Assembly: GCF_036321535.1 (NCBI RefSeq)
Contig: NC_087437.1
Span: 34,846,001-34,910,000, forward strand
From: Camelus dromedarius
Taxonomy: Eukaryota
Length of the DNA stretch: 64,000 nt
Direction: 5' to 3'
Below are positions 13,506 to 25,546 of this stretch, one piece after another. The notes beneath the pieces were generated by a model, which was not told where the DNA came from, ran no database searches, and saw only the letters and a program-made list of their open reading frames with translations. Position 1 is the first letter of the stretch, and each line of letters starts with the position of its first letter. A program made the translations under genes and the position numbers.

Positions 13506-14354
13506 AAATGAAGAAATAGAGGCAAAAATGGAGAAGATTAAACAATTATGGAGAGGAAGTTGTTAAATAAAGCTTCATATACAGCCTCGTATGTGAAGTA
13601 TGTAATTTACCATTTTGGCATGTAAATGATGACTTGGGTTTCAGCTGTTTACTTCCTAAAATAATGGCATCAATGGTAATTAAAGACCAAATATAGTTCC
13701 ATTTGCCAGGAGAAAACCATACTCTTATGTTCCACGTAGAACATGAAAGGAAGTTCTGATTACAGGCAAAGAATTACGAGCTGACACAAAGTTTTCTCCA
13801 AAGGCTATCTCAAAGTCCCCAATTCTTGGATACAGTGAAGATATTAAGCTTCTATGGTGCCAAGCACTGAGCTGGATGCTGGGGAAACACGAGGATGTGT
13901 AAGATACAGGCTTCACTTCAGCCAGACTGGAGAGCTAAAATACCTATACCTCTATAAATGCTTAAAAGACTGTTGGCTGCTATGAAGTGGGTTCACTGAT
14001 AGAGTTTATAGCATTTGAGCCAACTTTGAAGGATGTGCAGGACTGGCCAAACACATAATTTGCTTCTTTCCCTCAAAGCTATTGTGAAAATGCAGAATGA
14101 TAACAGCCTAAATGCTCAGGAAAGTATAAAGCACAGCACAAATGCAAGACACTGATAATGGTCTGACAATATTACTGTTTCTGGAATAGTCCGTTTACAA
14201 GAATGTTCCATTTGGGACTTAAACTTAATAGCGCTTATCACTGATTAAAGACTAGATAAGTAATCCTATGTTTTATTTTTTCACTGCATTTTTAGAGTGC
14301 CAGTGAAATTTTAAAATTTAAATTGCTCTTTGTATTATCTATTACTTGTGCAGT

Positions 14355-14927
14355 AATTCCCACCAACAGCGTAGATGGGTTCCTTTTAGTCCACATCCTG
14401 GCCAACACTTGTTATTTGTGGTCTGTTTGATAGCAGTTCTGACAGGTGTGAGGTGATAACCTCACTGTGGTTCTGATCTGCATTTCCCCAATGATCAGTG
14501 ATGTTGAGCATGTTTTCATGTGTTTGTTGATTTTCTTTGGAGAAATGTCTACTCAGAGTTCTACCCATTTTTTAAATGGATTTTAAAAAATAAAATTGTA
14601 TGACTTCTTTGTATAATTTAGATAATAAAAGCCTCTTACCAGATACATTATTTGCAAATATCTTCTCCCATTCAGGAAGTTGCCTTTTTGTTTTGTTGAT
14701 GGTTTCCTTTACTGTGCAAAAGCTTTTTAGTTTGATGTAGTCCCACTTGTTTATTTTTGCTTTTGTTTCCCTTGCCTCAGGAGACAGAGCCAAAAATATA
14801 TTGCTAAGATCATTGTCAAAGAGCATATTGACTATGTTTTCTTCTAGGAATCTTACGGTTTCAGGTCTTATGTTCAAGTCTTTAATCCATTTTGAGTTTA
14901 GTTTTGTATATGCTGTAAGAAAATGGC
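14355..14927 (-). mobile_element. L1 ORF2 C-terminal fragment lacking a 3' UTR and poly(A)
   Basis: Minus-strand translation YTKLNSKWIKDLNIRPET...KINKWDYIKLKSFCTVKETINKTKRQLPEWEKIFAN is L1 ORF2. Confidence 0.95.
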
Positions 14928-15175
14928 CCTCCTGTTGTAGCTGGGCCACACTTGCTGTGGGCATGTAGTTTGCAGGGCTGACCCCCAGTGAAGCTGGTTG
15001 TACGCCCGGCTGTAACTATTGCAGGCGTTCTGGTTTGCAGGGCTGGCCGCTGGGGCAGGAGTCGCTTCACAGGGATGCCATTGCCTGACAGGGGTGCTGA
15101 CTGGACTGGCAAGGCGGGGGCCATCTGGTGCTGGCTGAGGGCGCCTGCCTGGACGGGTGGGCAGGGTTTCTTTCT
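14928..15175 (-). mobile_element. GC-rich segment, probably an L1 5' UTR fragment fused to the ORF2 fragment
   Basis: Abrupt GC/CpG rise at the ORF2 junction; minus strand cccacagcaagtgtggcccagctacaacaggaggg resembles mammalian L1 5' UTR (recall only). Confidence 0.45.
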
Positions 15176-15179
15176 GGGT

Positions 15180-15243
15180 ATTTTCAGTCTGCAGGTGGCT
15201 GAACCCACAGAGTGGAATCCGCAGATACAGGGGGCTGACTGTA
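15180..15243. mobile_element. Terminal fragment of a MER2/MER8-type (Tigger) element
   Basis: gaatccgcagatacagggggctgactg followed by TA matches the Tigger-type TIR with a TA target. Confidence 0.7.
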
Positions 15244-17060
15244 CGTGCAGTTATTGTTCTAGAAATGAAATGCCAAAATTTAACTCCAATATAGTAAAGG
15301 ATATAGTCTCTACTCAAAGACCTACATTATGATTTTAATTAGAAGAGTAAATCAGTGGACACAATGAGAAGGAAATGTGTGGTATGCTTTCAGTCATACA
15401 GAGAACACCAATATTTGTAAAATGTGCATTGTGGAATTGCTCCCTGTACCTCAGAGATATTTCCAAGGAAAAAAATTAGACAGATGTTACACTGAATAGT
15501 GAGGTAGTATGAGTTTTAAAATAGTTATTTGGCAGTGTGTCTCTGCATTTTCCATTGTCAGGAGAAAATTGTTATTAAACTCTAGAATTAAATATGTTGT
15601 GCTAATGTGCTGAGTCCATTTACTTTTATGGAATAACTTTATTTGTTCTGCACTGGCTGGCTGGCAGAGAAAATGAATCGTGTTTGGTGATATTTTTAAG
15701 CTGTAATTTCATCAGCAGCCTACTTAGGGGATCTAAATATAAATCTGGAAATTAAAAGTGTTGTGTGCTTTACTTGGTTGCTCTGAAGACAGAAACTCCC
15801 ACCACTTCCCAGTCGAGTTTTCCTGAAAAGTCGGTGGTCATTGTCCTGGCAAGTTTCTTTTCATCCTAAATTGTGCTAACATTTAGAAGGAAAACTATGA
15901 AGGTTAGAAAAAATAACATTTTTAAGATAATATTTTAAATTACAGGAATTTTTTTTTTAATATTGCGCTATGTAGATGTGTCTTTGCCTTATTCTAGGCC
16001 CACATCCCAGAGACAGTCCTGTTTAACAGTTTTCTTCTGTCAGTTTTCTAGTGATTGTGAGTATAATTTTAAATGATACATGTATGCTACATTTATGTTG
16101 TCAACTTTAGACCCTATACATATGAGGCAGGACTGCACTGCAGGGAGGTGCCAGACTCTTGGCATTCTCAAGAGATATGCTTTTTTAAGAATTTCGATTC
16201 CCCTGAGTCATACATTCCTCTCTATCACTTAATTTGTCCCTTAAAGTTCTAGTTCTCTGGGATTCTCAACTGGAAGGGAGGAGAGTGCCATGGCCCTAGT
16301 TTACCAGAATAATGTACCAGAATCTTTGGCAAGGCCTTTTTCAAAGTACAGATGCCTTCCTTCCTTTCTGCCTCCAAGGGAGGCATGCTTACCTGGTTGA
16401 AAGTCACTGCATTTAATTTCAGATGTTACTAGTGGGGAGTACATTGTGCAGATAGTGTAGAAGCGGAGGGGAAAAAAAGTTCAGAATAATATATATAAAG
16501 GCCAAGACAAGGGATGAACACTTGAGTGGTGAACAGTTCTTTTTTCAGGTTAAGGGGCATCATTGTCTTAGATTTCTTTGTTTTCTGTTTCTCCCACTAT
16601 CCCATCATCAGCCCTAGTGGAGGGCTTTCCTTTTTATTCACTTCAGAGAGTTCCTGCATAAGCATTAATGAGCCGAGAACAACAAAGCAGAGGTGCGGAT
16701 GCCACAGCACAGGAGCACTTGCTGCTGAGACAATTACTAGCTTCTGCATTCTAGACAAGGATGAACCAGATTTATATCCAGCAAGATGACCATCACAGGG
16801 CCTTCCAGGTTCAGTGGAATAGTTGAAATGCTGAGTTCTAACTCCATGAGTGCCAATCCATCATCTCTTATACCTTTTAAACCTGGTAGAAAACCCTCAG
16901 AGGCCTGTGATTCTACGTATTTGAAGATCCCCCCTTACTTGGTAGAGTGGGGTCTACAAATAGCAGTGACAAGGGCATGCTCGTCTAAAGGTGTGGATCC
17001 ACGATGCTTTGAGTTCTTACTACAGCACCTGAGGGGCAGGGAAAAGCCCAAGGTGAGAAA

Positions 17061-17094
17061 TACTAATAGGGTTCTCTACTTCTTTTATCTGCAG
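17061..17094 (+). promoter_or_regulatory. PPM1L: Branch point, polypyrimidine tract and 3' splice site of the PPM1L exon
   Basis: TACTAAT at 17061-17067 is close to the TACTAAC consensus and is followed by ttctctacttcttttatctgcag. Confidence 0.8.
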
Positions 17095-17269
17095 ACAGCA
17101 GCTGAATATGTAAAATCTCGACTCCCAGAGGCCCTTAAACAGCATCTTCAAGACTACGAGAAAGACAAAGAAAATAGTGTACTGTCTTACCAGACCATCC
17201 TTGAACAGCAGATTCTATCCATTGACCGAGAAATGCTAGAAAAATTGACGGTATCCTATGATGAAGCAG
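17095..17269 (+). CDS. PPM1L: Internal coding exon (exon 2 by homology) of protein phosphatase 1L / PP2C-epsilon; 175 nt, phase 0 in, phase 1 out
   Basis: Translation TAAEYVKSRLPEALKQHLQDYEKDKENSVLSYQTILEQQILSIDREMLEKLTVSYDEA(G) is recognised as the PPM1L segment between the DGHGG motif and GTTCL. Acceptor ttcttttatctgcAG|ACA (AG at 17093-17094) and donor GCAG|GTATGT (GT at 17270-17271) are canonical. Confidence 0.96.
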
Positions 17270-19314
17270 GTATGTTCGTCTTTAATACACATGCACACAC
17301 ACAGACATAATTTTTTACTCCCTGCAGAAATTTCTGTTTAGATTTGGGTCAAATTTAGACCCTTTTCTTTGGTAGAAGATAAAGGGCAAACTAGATTCTA
17401 AGTTATATAACATGGATTAACAGTAAGTTTCTTCTCTGTAGTTTTGTTATCAAAGATTTTGACAGGAGATGTCTAATAATGGCTCTTAAAAATCAAATCC
17501 CTTTTAAATTTTTTGCTCATTGTTAGATGGAATTTTTTCTGGCCTTTTCTCAAGCATATGCTCCTATTGATTTAATCTTTTAACGTGTCACTTCAGGTTT
17601 GGATATCAGCTGAAAACTTTTATATCCGATAATCTAAGAACTGTTACTTGCTTCAAGTATTATTTTTTAATTTCAGAGATTTTTTTCTAAAGAGGTCCCA
17701 TTCTTTTTCTTAAAATTTCCAGCTGAACTTGGCTTTCTTTTCCTTTAGCTCCTCAGATGAATGCTAGCCCCTAACACCACACTGGACACTTCAGTTCACT
17801 GCCATCCAAAAGTTCATCCTGTCTGAGGGAGCTGCTTAGGGAAGGCATAGATAGACCTCCTCATGACATCGTTTTTATCTATTACATGACCTGTGAGCTA
17901 AAACCTAATTTTAATGAAACTGGTGCAGTATTACTTGAATTATTAAAATCTTTAGTAAAATTAAACTTACTTGGGAAATGTACCCTGATTAAAATTGTCA
18001 TCTTCCCACCCCCCACAACAAAAAAAAAAAAAAAAAAAGGAGGAAAAAGTTGGGAAGATACGTTTCCAATGGTCAAATGTTGGTAGTATTAATCCCTATT
18101 TTAATAACAGGAACTTCTGTTTTTATTTCTACAAGGAAGTTGCTATTATGCATCTTATTTTCTTCATGATATAAATGGTCTCGACACTGACATTCTTAAC
18201 ATTTGATTTCAAGCTTGAATAGCAAACAGAATAGCAAATTTAAAAAAGGCCACCCATGCCCAACCACTAATGCAGTTTTCTAGTTATTAAGCTGTCCCCA
18301 CTTACATGCTGCCCTCTGACCCCCTTACATCCCTCCTGGCAGGAGCCACATTTCTAGCCTTGCCCAGGACACCTCTTCTCTCTCTGATTCTCCTTTGCTT
18401 TATCAGTTTTTTCACATATATTGACTTTCATCTGCCTGTTGGGTGTTGAGGTATTTGGTCTCTGTATTTGTCTTGTTTTTAACATTCTTCTCTTTGAAAT
18501 TCTCATTTATCTCCTTTCTCATCCTTAGTGAAATAAAGTAAGGCTGTGATCGGCCCAATCAAAATAATATTTAAATATTTATAGCATCTCAGAGAGCCTA
18601 GAGCTCAAATAGTCCACCACTTCCTGTCCCCATAACCATGTTATAATGTGAAAACTGAGACCCACAGACTTGCCTGCATTAACACAGTTACTTGGTTATA
18701 AACCTGGGACTCCAACCTCCTAATTACTAATCAAGCTGGGCTTTCAATGCAGGTTCTTACTCACTCAGTAGGCATTTGTTGAATGCATAGCAATATACTA
18801 GGCAGTGGAAGAAAGAGGAAAGAGTAGAGAAAAGGTGGGGAGGATTCTGAGACAGAGAAAAGAGATCTTAGTGAAGCCTAGCTGGGAGCTCAAACATAGA
18901 TACGTGACTCCTGGAGAAAACTTCCCAAGGATCTGGGAATAAGTACACTCTGGAATATCCATAAGCTATTCAAGTTAAGCTGAGGGGATGTGGAGCCAAG
19001 GAATAGTGGAAGTGGCTCAAGTTGTGAATGGAATTCTTTAAGGGAGGGCATTTGCTTACACCCGAAGGACAAGCGATGAATGTGGATTTGTGAGGAGGAG
19101 AGAGGTGCAGTTTATGTGATAAAGGGGCCTAAGCAGACACCAAGGTGGGAATTACCATCAGCTGCAGCCTCCCACCACTCAGCGTTTCCTTCTGCAGGGA
19201 TAATTTTCCATTCACCTGCACAGCTGTTGAGCAAGATTAATCTACAGAGGTCCACTGGTACATGACCCTTAGGCCAAATACTTTGGCATGGAATTAATCT
19301 ATCAATAAACTCTG

Positions 19315-19515
19315 TGGCATGAAGCAGTGGAAGTAACTACAGGATTGAAACTTAGAGGATCTAAATTCCCAGCCTTTCCTCTAGCTCAGTACTGGTGTGA
19401 TTAATGCTTAGAGCCTCTCTTTCTTCATGTATAAAGTTGGGCTAATAACATCTCAGGGGGTTATTATGATAATAAATTATGTCATGTTGGGAAAGTCCTT
19501 TGAAATCATATTGTA
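19315..19515 (+). mobile_element. MIR/MIR3 SINE
   Basis: gagcctctctttcttcatgtataaa...gggttattatgataataaa...ctttgaaa. Confidence 0.55.
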
Positions 19516-20559
19516 AATGCCACCAATGGTGAGTGAGAACAGATTTGGATCTCGTCCATGGCTCAGACCACCTTAAAGTACAATTAGAGTTTTTTCTGAC
19601 ATGTAGTGTTTGGGAACGCAGAGGCGAAGTTTTTAAAATGATCTTCAGAGGCTTTGAGAAGCCAAGCAGCATCTGTTTGTTATAGTACCCGCTCCAGGCT
19701 CAGCTTGCCCTTGGTCATTCCTGCATGAGGTGACATGTTCAGGGGGGTTGTGTGTACGGATGAATAAATGAATGTCACTGTGTGTTGTAAAATCAAATGG
19801 TCACTGCCTCCTCCTCCACTATCTATATATGAATGATTTCATTCAGAAAAATTAGGAGAAAATATGAAAAGTCATTGCTACTTAACAGAAAAATATTTCG
19901 TCATAATACAAAGGAATCAGGTTAGAAAATTGGTAATAGTATCCAATACCTTCAGATATAAACATCTCCATTGAGACACTCATGTGCTTCGAACTGCTTA
20001 GCTTCTTCCCCTGCTACCCCAGTTTTTACTTCTTTGCATTCTCAATTCAGTTCTCCCAGGTTTAGGAAGTGGTTAATTGTTAATTAGATGATACCCTGGT
20101 CTCTAGAGAGGTTAATTTGTCTTTAATGCTTATCCACTGATAAATCAGCCTGAGTGACTTAATGACAGTTACCACCATCTGTGATTTCTAAACTTCTAAA
20201 AACCAATTAATGAAAAAATTCTTAGATGCTTTTCTGAAAGCATTGGCTCAAAATCTTTTCTCCCTCTTTTCTTTCTGTCTTTCCCTCTCAGTGTCCTCTG
20301 TTCCCCTTTAAATACATACATATCTTAATGCTCTGCTCATTCACAGTTCATCTGTCCAGCAACCTGACATATCTGAAATCCGGCAGAGAATGGGAAGGAA
20401 GCAAAAGACATGAACAACCATACCATGTTGCAGAGGCTATAGTTTCTCACCCAGGACCTATATATATATATATATATTTTAAATATAGTTCTGACCAATT
20501 AGGTTATATTTTCCTATGTGACATTTTCTTTTTTAAAATTCTTTTTCTGAATTTGAGTA

Positions 20560-20950
20560 TTATACTTTCATTGCAGAAATACATAGAAATAAGTAGAATG
20601 GTATAGTAAGAGAAGAATAATTCTCTATTATCCTACCATTGTAAACATTTTGGTATATTCCTTTCACTCCAAGCATTTCTGAGATGTAGTTGATATCTTG
20701 CAGTTTTATATCCTGCTTTTTTCACTTAACATTATTACCTAAGCACTTCCTCATTTTATTAAAACTTCTTCATGTGAAGATAATTTTAATGGCTGCATTA
20801 TATTCTATTCTTTGAAAGTACTACTCACCAAACATTTCCTACGTTGGCAATTATGTTTGGTTTTGTTTTTGCTGTTATGAATAATACTGCGATGAATACG
20901 TACATTTGTCTGCATTTCATAATACTCTAGAGAACAGACTTCAGAAAACA
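20560..20950 (-). mobile_element. Ancient L1M 3' fragment
   Basis: ctgcttttttcacttaacatt...ttttaatggctgcat...tttttgctgttatgaataatactgcgatgaa. Confidence 0.6.
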
Positions 20951-21284
20951 TGAGTGAAGAATTAGAAGGCAGGGAAAGGGGATGATACTTAGAGCATCTG
21001 AGAGTAGCAAGGAATAAGAGCAAAGAGAAAATCTACAGAAGTCCATAAAAAGCAGTTGTCCTATCCCCTGTGAATGCATTCACAGACCCTGTATTACAGA
21101 GTTGACATTATCGATCTTCATAATGGTGACCTTCATTCACACAAAAAAATGGTTCAATAGTGTTAATTATATTCTGTATATAAAAAGTTACATAAACTGG
21201 TTTGAAAGGTTTTCATCCAAATGGTTTATTTTTAAGTTTTGACTATTATAAAAATAAAGATGCTTTGTGCTATAACTAAAAGAG

Positions 21285-21400
21285 GTCTTGGAGCCAAAAG
21301 ACTCAGATTTTATTCCTAGTTCTGCTGCCAACCAGATATGCAATCTTGAGGAAGTCACCAAACCTCCCTGAAGCCCATTTTGCTGTCCATCAAAGGCTTG
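21285..21400 (+). mobile_element. MIR fragment
   Basis: cctagttctgctgc...cttgaggaagtcac...cctccctgaagcccatttt. Confidence 0.55.
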
Positions 21401-22500
21401 AGCAGGACCTCATAGATACTTTCCATTTCTATAACTATAATTCTGGTCTCTTGACAGTGAAAACTCGGGTAGCTGTGGTTTGTGCAAGGTTGCATGTGGC
21501 TTCTTCTCAAACCTTTTGCTTGCTCTGTCTCTTTCTCCTTTCTCCTCAGGCAGCCCGTGTGTTGTTTATAATATATTGTATATATTGTTTATCTGACTAA
21601 AAGAAGACCATCGCTTAGCGTTCTGGCATCTGCACATGGGTGTATCTGGACATACATTTGTTGGTGGGTTGGGGAGTGAGACTGTATGAGTGAAGCAAAA
21701 CTAGATTTTGGAAGGAAAGCTCCTGAGCCATCATTCAGGGGTCCTCAATAAGATCACCTAGATATTTTTATTAGCCTTAATTAAAGCTGAACACAATCTA
21801 GAGGAGGAAGTAAGATATGATTTGCATTTGCTCTATTAATGTTTTTATTTGAATTGAAGAACAAGTTCATACACAGTTCAGTAGATTGGGCTTTAGCACA
21901 GAGAAGCTTCCAGGGAAAGCAGCTGCATGATTTGAAGAGATCAAAATAGTACTTCATGCTGTCTCAGAGAGTATCATTAACCTAAATATTCATCATGTGT
22001 CCTAGTGGGAAAAGGTGAAGGATCGAACTAGCAGGAGAGGGAGTCCTTCCTCACATTATTTACCTTTACGCTTGTGTATTATTTATGTTTCAAATTGTTT
22101 ATAATTTTTTTAAATTTGGGCGTGAACAAATGACCTGCATACTCCCTTGTTAAGGATAAAGCAGTATGTGATGCCTTGTGTCTGAGGGAGTTGTGAGGAG
22201 AACAAGCTCACTGGGTTGAGGTTGGCACTCTGTTGCACACTCAAGAACCCTACGGCATGGGCAGTGGGAATTAACAGTGCCTCCTTCTCCCTTTGGGAGG
22301 AGCCGAGTCTCCCTGTAAGTGGGTGGACTGTCCAGCAGAAGTGTCGTGCTTCAGGCCTTGAGACAGTTACCTCTTGCTTCTTAGATCTCCTTAGAGTTAA
22401 ACCTAAGACCAGCAAAGGTTTTATTTGTTCTTACAGTTTACTAGAAACCCCAACAGCTTTCCAATGAGTATGTGTTTCTACCACGTAGAAAGAGCACTTA

Positions 22501-22652
22501 GAGGGGGAGGGTATAGATCAGTGGTAGAGCACGTGCTTAGCATGCACAAGGTCCTGGGTTCAATCCCAGTACCTCCATTAAAAAAATAGATAAATAAGTC
22601 TAATTACCACCACCACCCCCCACAAAATACCAAAACAAAAAAAAAATTACTA
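22501..22652 (+). mobile_element. tRNA-Ala-derived camelid SINE (vic-1-like)
   Basis: GGGGAGGGTATAGATCAGTGGTAGAGCACGTGCTTAGCATGCACAAGGTCCTGGGTTCAATCCCAGTACCTCCA plus tail. Perfect 12-bp TSD aaagagcactta at 22489-22500 and 22653-22664. Confidence 0.95.
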
Positions 22653-23715
22653 AAAGAGCACTTACAAGTAGAAAGTGGACCAGCAAGCGGAGAAGAGGGG
22701 AAGGGGCAACTCAGCCAGCTGTTTAATGCATCCATTTGGGCATCAGTTAAAGCTGGGGGCCTGCAGATCCATTTACAAGGGGCAGGCAGTCATGTACAAC
22801 TTTCCCAAAGGAGGTGAGGAAAAAGGGGCAGCATTAATTTGTCAGCCTTTGCTTTGTGATTGCCTGACACAGCTCTACATTAGACATTCCTGAGAGCTGA
22901 GCCCAAGCAAAGCTGCCTCTGTGAAGACACACCAAGTACTATAATGTACTTTTTGGAGAAATAGCTTTTAAAAAGGGCGGGAAATGTGCTGTAAGCAGTT
23001 TAGGAAGTAGCTGGAGGGTTACCTCCTATTGAGCTTATTTTATTCTTCTTAATATAGATGGTACCTAAAAGTTACACCTATGATTTAATTGAGCCATTAG
23101 TGTCAGAGTAATTGGTGATCTCAAAAGGAAAGCCATTTACTGTCATGGAGGAAAAAAATTGAACACACATCAAGAAACCAAACCCAGGAAAGAGAGTGTG
23201 AATTATTTAGGGCTCCTTCAGGTTTTCTGAGAATATGAAAAATGCAGTAAAAGGCCTTTGCAGGAAGTTCTTCACTTTAACAAATACACTGAATTACTCA
23301 GTGTGTTTCTCAAGCAGGTCCTAAGGGAGGAGGTAGCTTTAGGTTTTCTTACTTTTTATCTTCTATCAGGGCCCTATTTCTAGGCTCAAAAGATGTTCTA
23401 GCCAGAGGCTTTCTCTCAGGATTTGGAAGGAAGAGAAAAACAGGGAAATTTACAAAGATATGATGGGAAATTTAATATTGGTTGACCAACCACTAACATC
23501 AACTTCTGAATTTCTGTAAAAAATTAAATCTGTTTTATTTCTCCATTATGAGAATAACAGAAATACATTTTAGAACATTTTTAAAATATGGAAAAACTAG
23601 AAAAGAAAAAGATAATTCCTAATGCTACATAACCACCATCTCCAGTATGTGTACTTCTAGTCATTTTTCTCTGCTGGGTTTTAATAATTTGTGCCCAATT
23701 TTTATGCTTACTTTT

Positions 23716-24105
23716 TCTTTCCTTTTTTTTTTAAATTGAAGTATAGTCAGTTACAATGTGTCAGTTTCTGGTGTACAGCACAATGTCCCAGTCATACATA
23801 CACACACACATACTTATTTTCATATTCTTTTTCATTAAAGTTTATTGTAAGGTATTGAATATACTTCCCTGTAATATACAGAAGACAATTATTTTTTGTT
23901 TTTTTTATATAGTGGCTACCATTTGCAAATCTCAAACTCCCAAATTTATCCCTTCCCACCCTCTTTCCCCCAGTAACCATTGTTTACTATGTCTGCAAGT
24001 CTGTTTCTGTTTTGTAGATGAGTACGTAGTATCCTCTTTTTTCTTTTCTTTTTTTTTAAGATTCCACATATGAGTGATATCATATGGTATTTTTCTTTCT
24101 CTTTC
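23716..24105 (-). mobile_element. Short 5'-truncated L1 3' UTR, apparently inserted into an older L1M fragment
   Basis: Poly(T) then aattgaagtatagtcagttacaatg. Imperfect TSD ttatgcttactttt (23702-23715) / ttatgcctattttt (24106-24119). Flanks carry degenerate L1M motifs (taatggctgcatagtat). Confidence 0.9.
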
Positions 24106-25388
24106 TTATGCCTATTTTTTTATTTAACATTGACACATCATAGTTCTCAGTGCTCTTACAAGCTACTCATAAAAGTAATTTGTAATGGCTGCATAGTATC
24201 CTACTGAGCGGATGTGCCATGGTTACCGTTCTCATAACATTTTAATATTTTCAGCATGGCCTCTCTCTTTTATGTTCAGTTTATGTCACCGTATAGAATC
24301 CGTGAATTTGGAGGTCTGTTTCTTGTCTGTGAAAAGATGAGAATGGTGGTGTGATTAATGAAACCGTAGTGAAGATTTCTGTAATGCAGCCAATTACTAG
24401 TCATATGTCAGTGGGAGCCCGGGATTAACACAGGTTGTCAGCATCCACTTATAAACGGAGCACTTCTTTCTAGCCAGTAATACCAATCTTTTAAACCAAG
24501 CTGCTTTGAACTTCAGTTACAATTTTTATATTTCTCCCTTTGTATCATGGATTTAAAGAGCCAAAAGGTAAGTGGGTGGGGGAGTAGTAACTAAAGTGAC
24601 TTTGCCATCTATAAACTAGAAAATTATCCTCCGTGGCTGTTCCAGAGTACCCAGACATGCCATTCACCAGCCATGGGGTCCGTTTCCGTGGCTGTGACGA
24701 GACATTACACCTCTCTCTGCTTGGTTTCATTGACTGTAAAAAGGGACATTGAATTAGATATTTTCTTAAGTCTCTTCCAGCTTTAACAATGTGTGATTCT
24801 GTCTCCAGTTGACTTAGCAATCATTGGTTCATTCATTTACTCACTTTATAAACACTGACTGAGTCCCTGGGTGCCCGCCACTGGGAATACCCAGATCACC
24901 ACGTGGCCCTTCACTCCAGGTGTGTGTGTGTGCGTGTGAACAGATAACTAGAGGACCGAGGAATTGGTGGAATGAGTGTTTAGAGGACGCTGAACAGGTA
25001 AATGAAGGAATTAGGTTTGGGATTGAGAAAGAGTTCTTAAATAAATCAGAAAATCATAAGTGAACCTGTAAATCTCTTGAACTGTTCATCTTGAACTCTG
25101 ACGTCAGTTGCATGACTAAAGGCAGCCTTATTGTGTATTTCTCCTCCACTCTGTAACTGGCTGTATAGACCGCTTCTTACCCTCTGCTATGGCATTGTCC
25201 TCCACATTCTAAGTGTCGTTCTCCAACTCATTTTAGTTTACATTAATTAGCTTATATTACTGTGTTATCAGCACTGCTTGTTTTCTTATGAAATCCTCCC
25301 CCCCAAAATGATAATTTAGGCTGAATTTTATAGAAGTAATATGATGGGGAGTTATTTTTTTAAAAGTCACATTTCCCAACTTAAGCCT

Positions 25389-25546
25389 TTTTTTAAAAAA
25401 AATTATTTTTATTTATTTATTTGGGTTTGAGGGGGTAATTAGGTTATTTATTTATGTTTTTATATTTTAATGGAAGTGTTAGGATTGAACCCAGGACCTC
25501 ATCCATGCTAAGCATGGGCTCTACCGCTGAGCTATACCCTCCTCCC
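25389..25546 (-). mobile_element. tRNA-Ala-derived camelid SINE (vic-1-like)
   Basis: ggattgaacccaggacctcatccatgctaagcatgggctctaccgctgagctataccctcc preceded by a T-rich tail. Confidence 0.92.

Larger units (their letters stand above)
1..17094 (+). other. PPM1L: 3' part of the PPM1L intron upstream of the exon (intron 1 by homology)
   Basis: No upstream PPM1L coding sequence (DGHGG-containing) is seen in the ORF track; the region is repeat-rich. Confidence 0.8.

Noticed and set aside
14882..15332. Overlapping 108-139 aa ORFs
   Set aside because: Explained by high GC content (few stop codons) in the rearranged repeat segment.
16786..17310. 174-aa ORF as a standalone gene
   Set aside because: Only 17095-17269 matches PPM1L and it has canonical splice sites; the flanking residues are translated intron.
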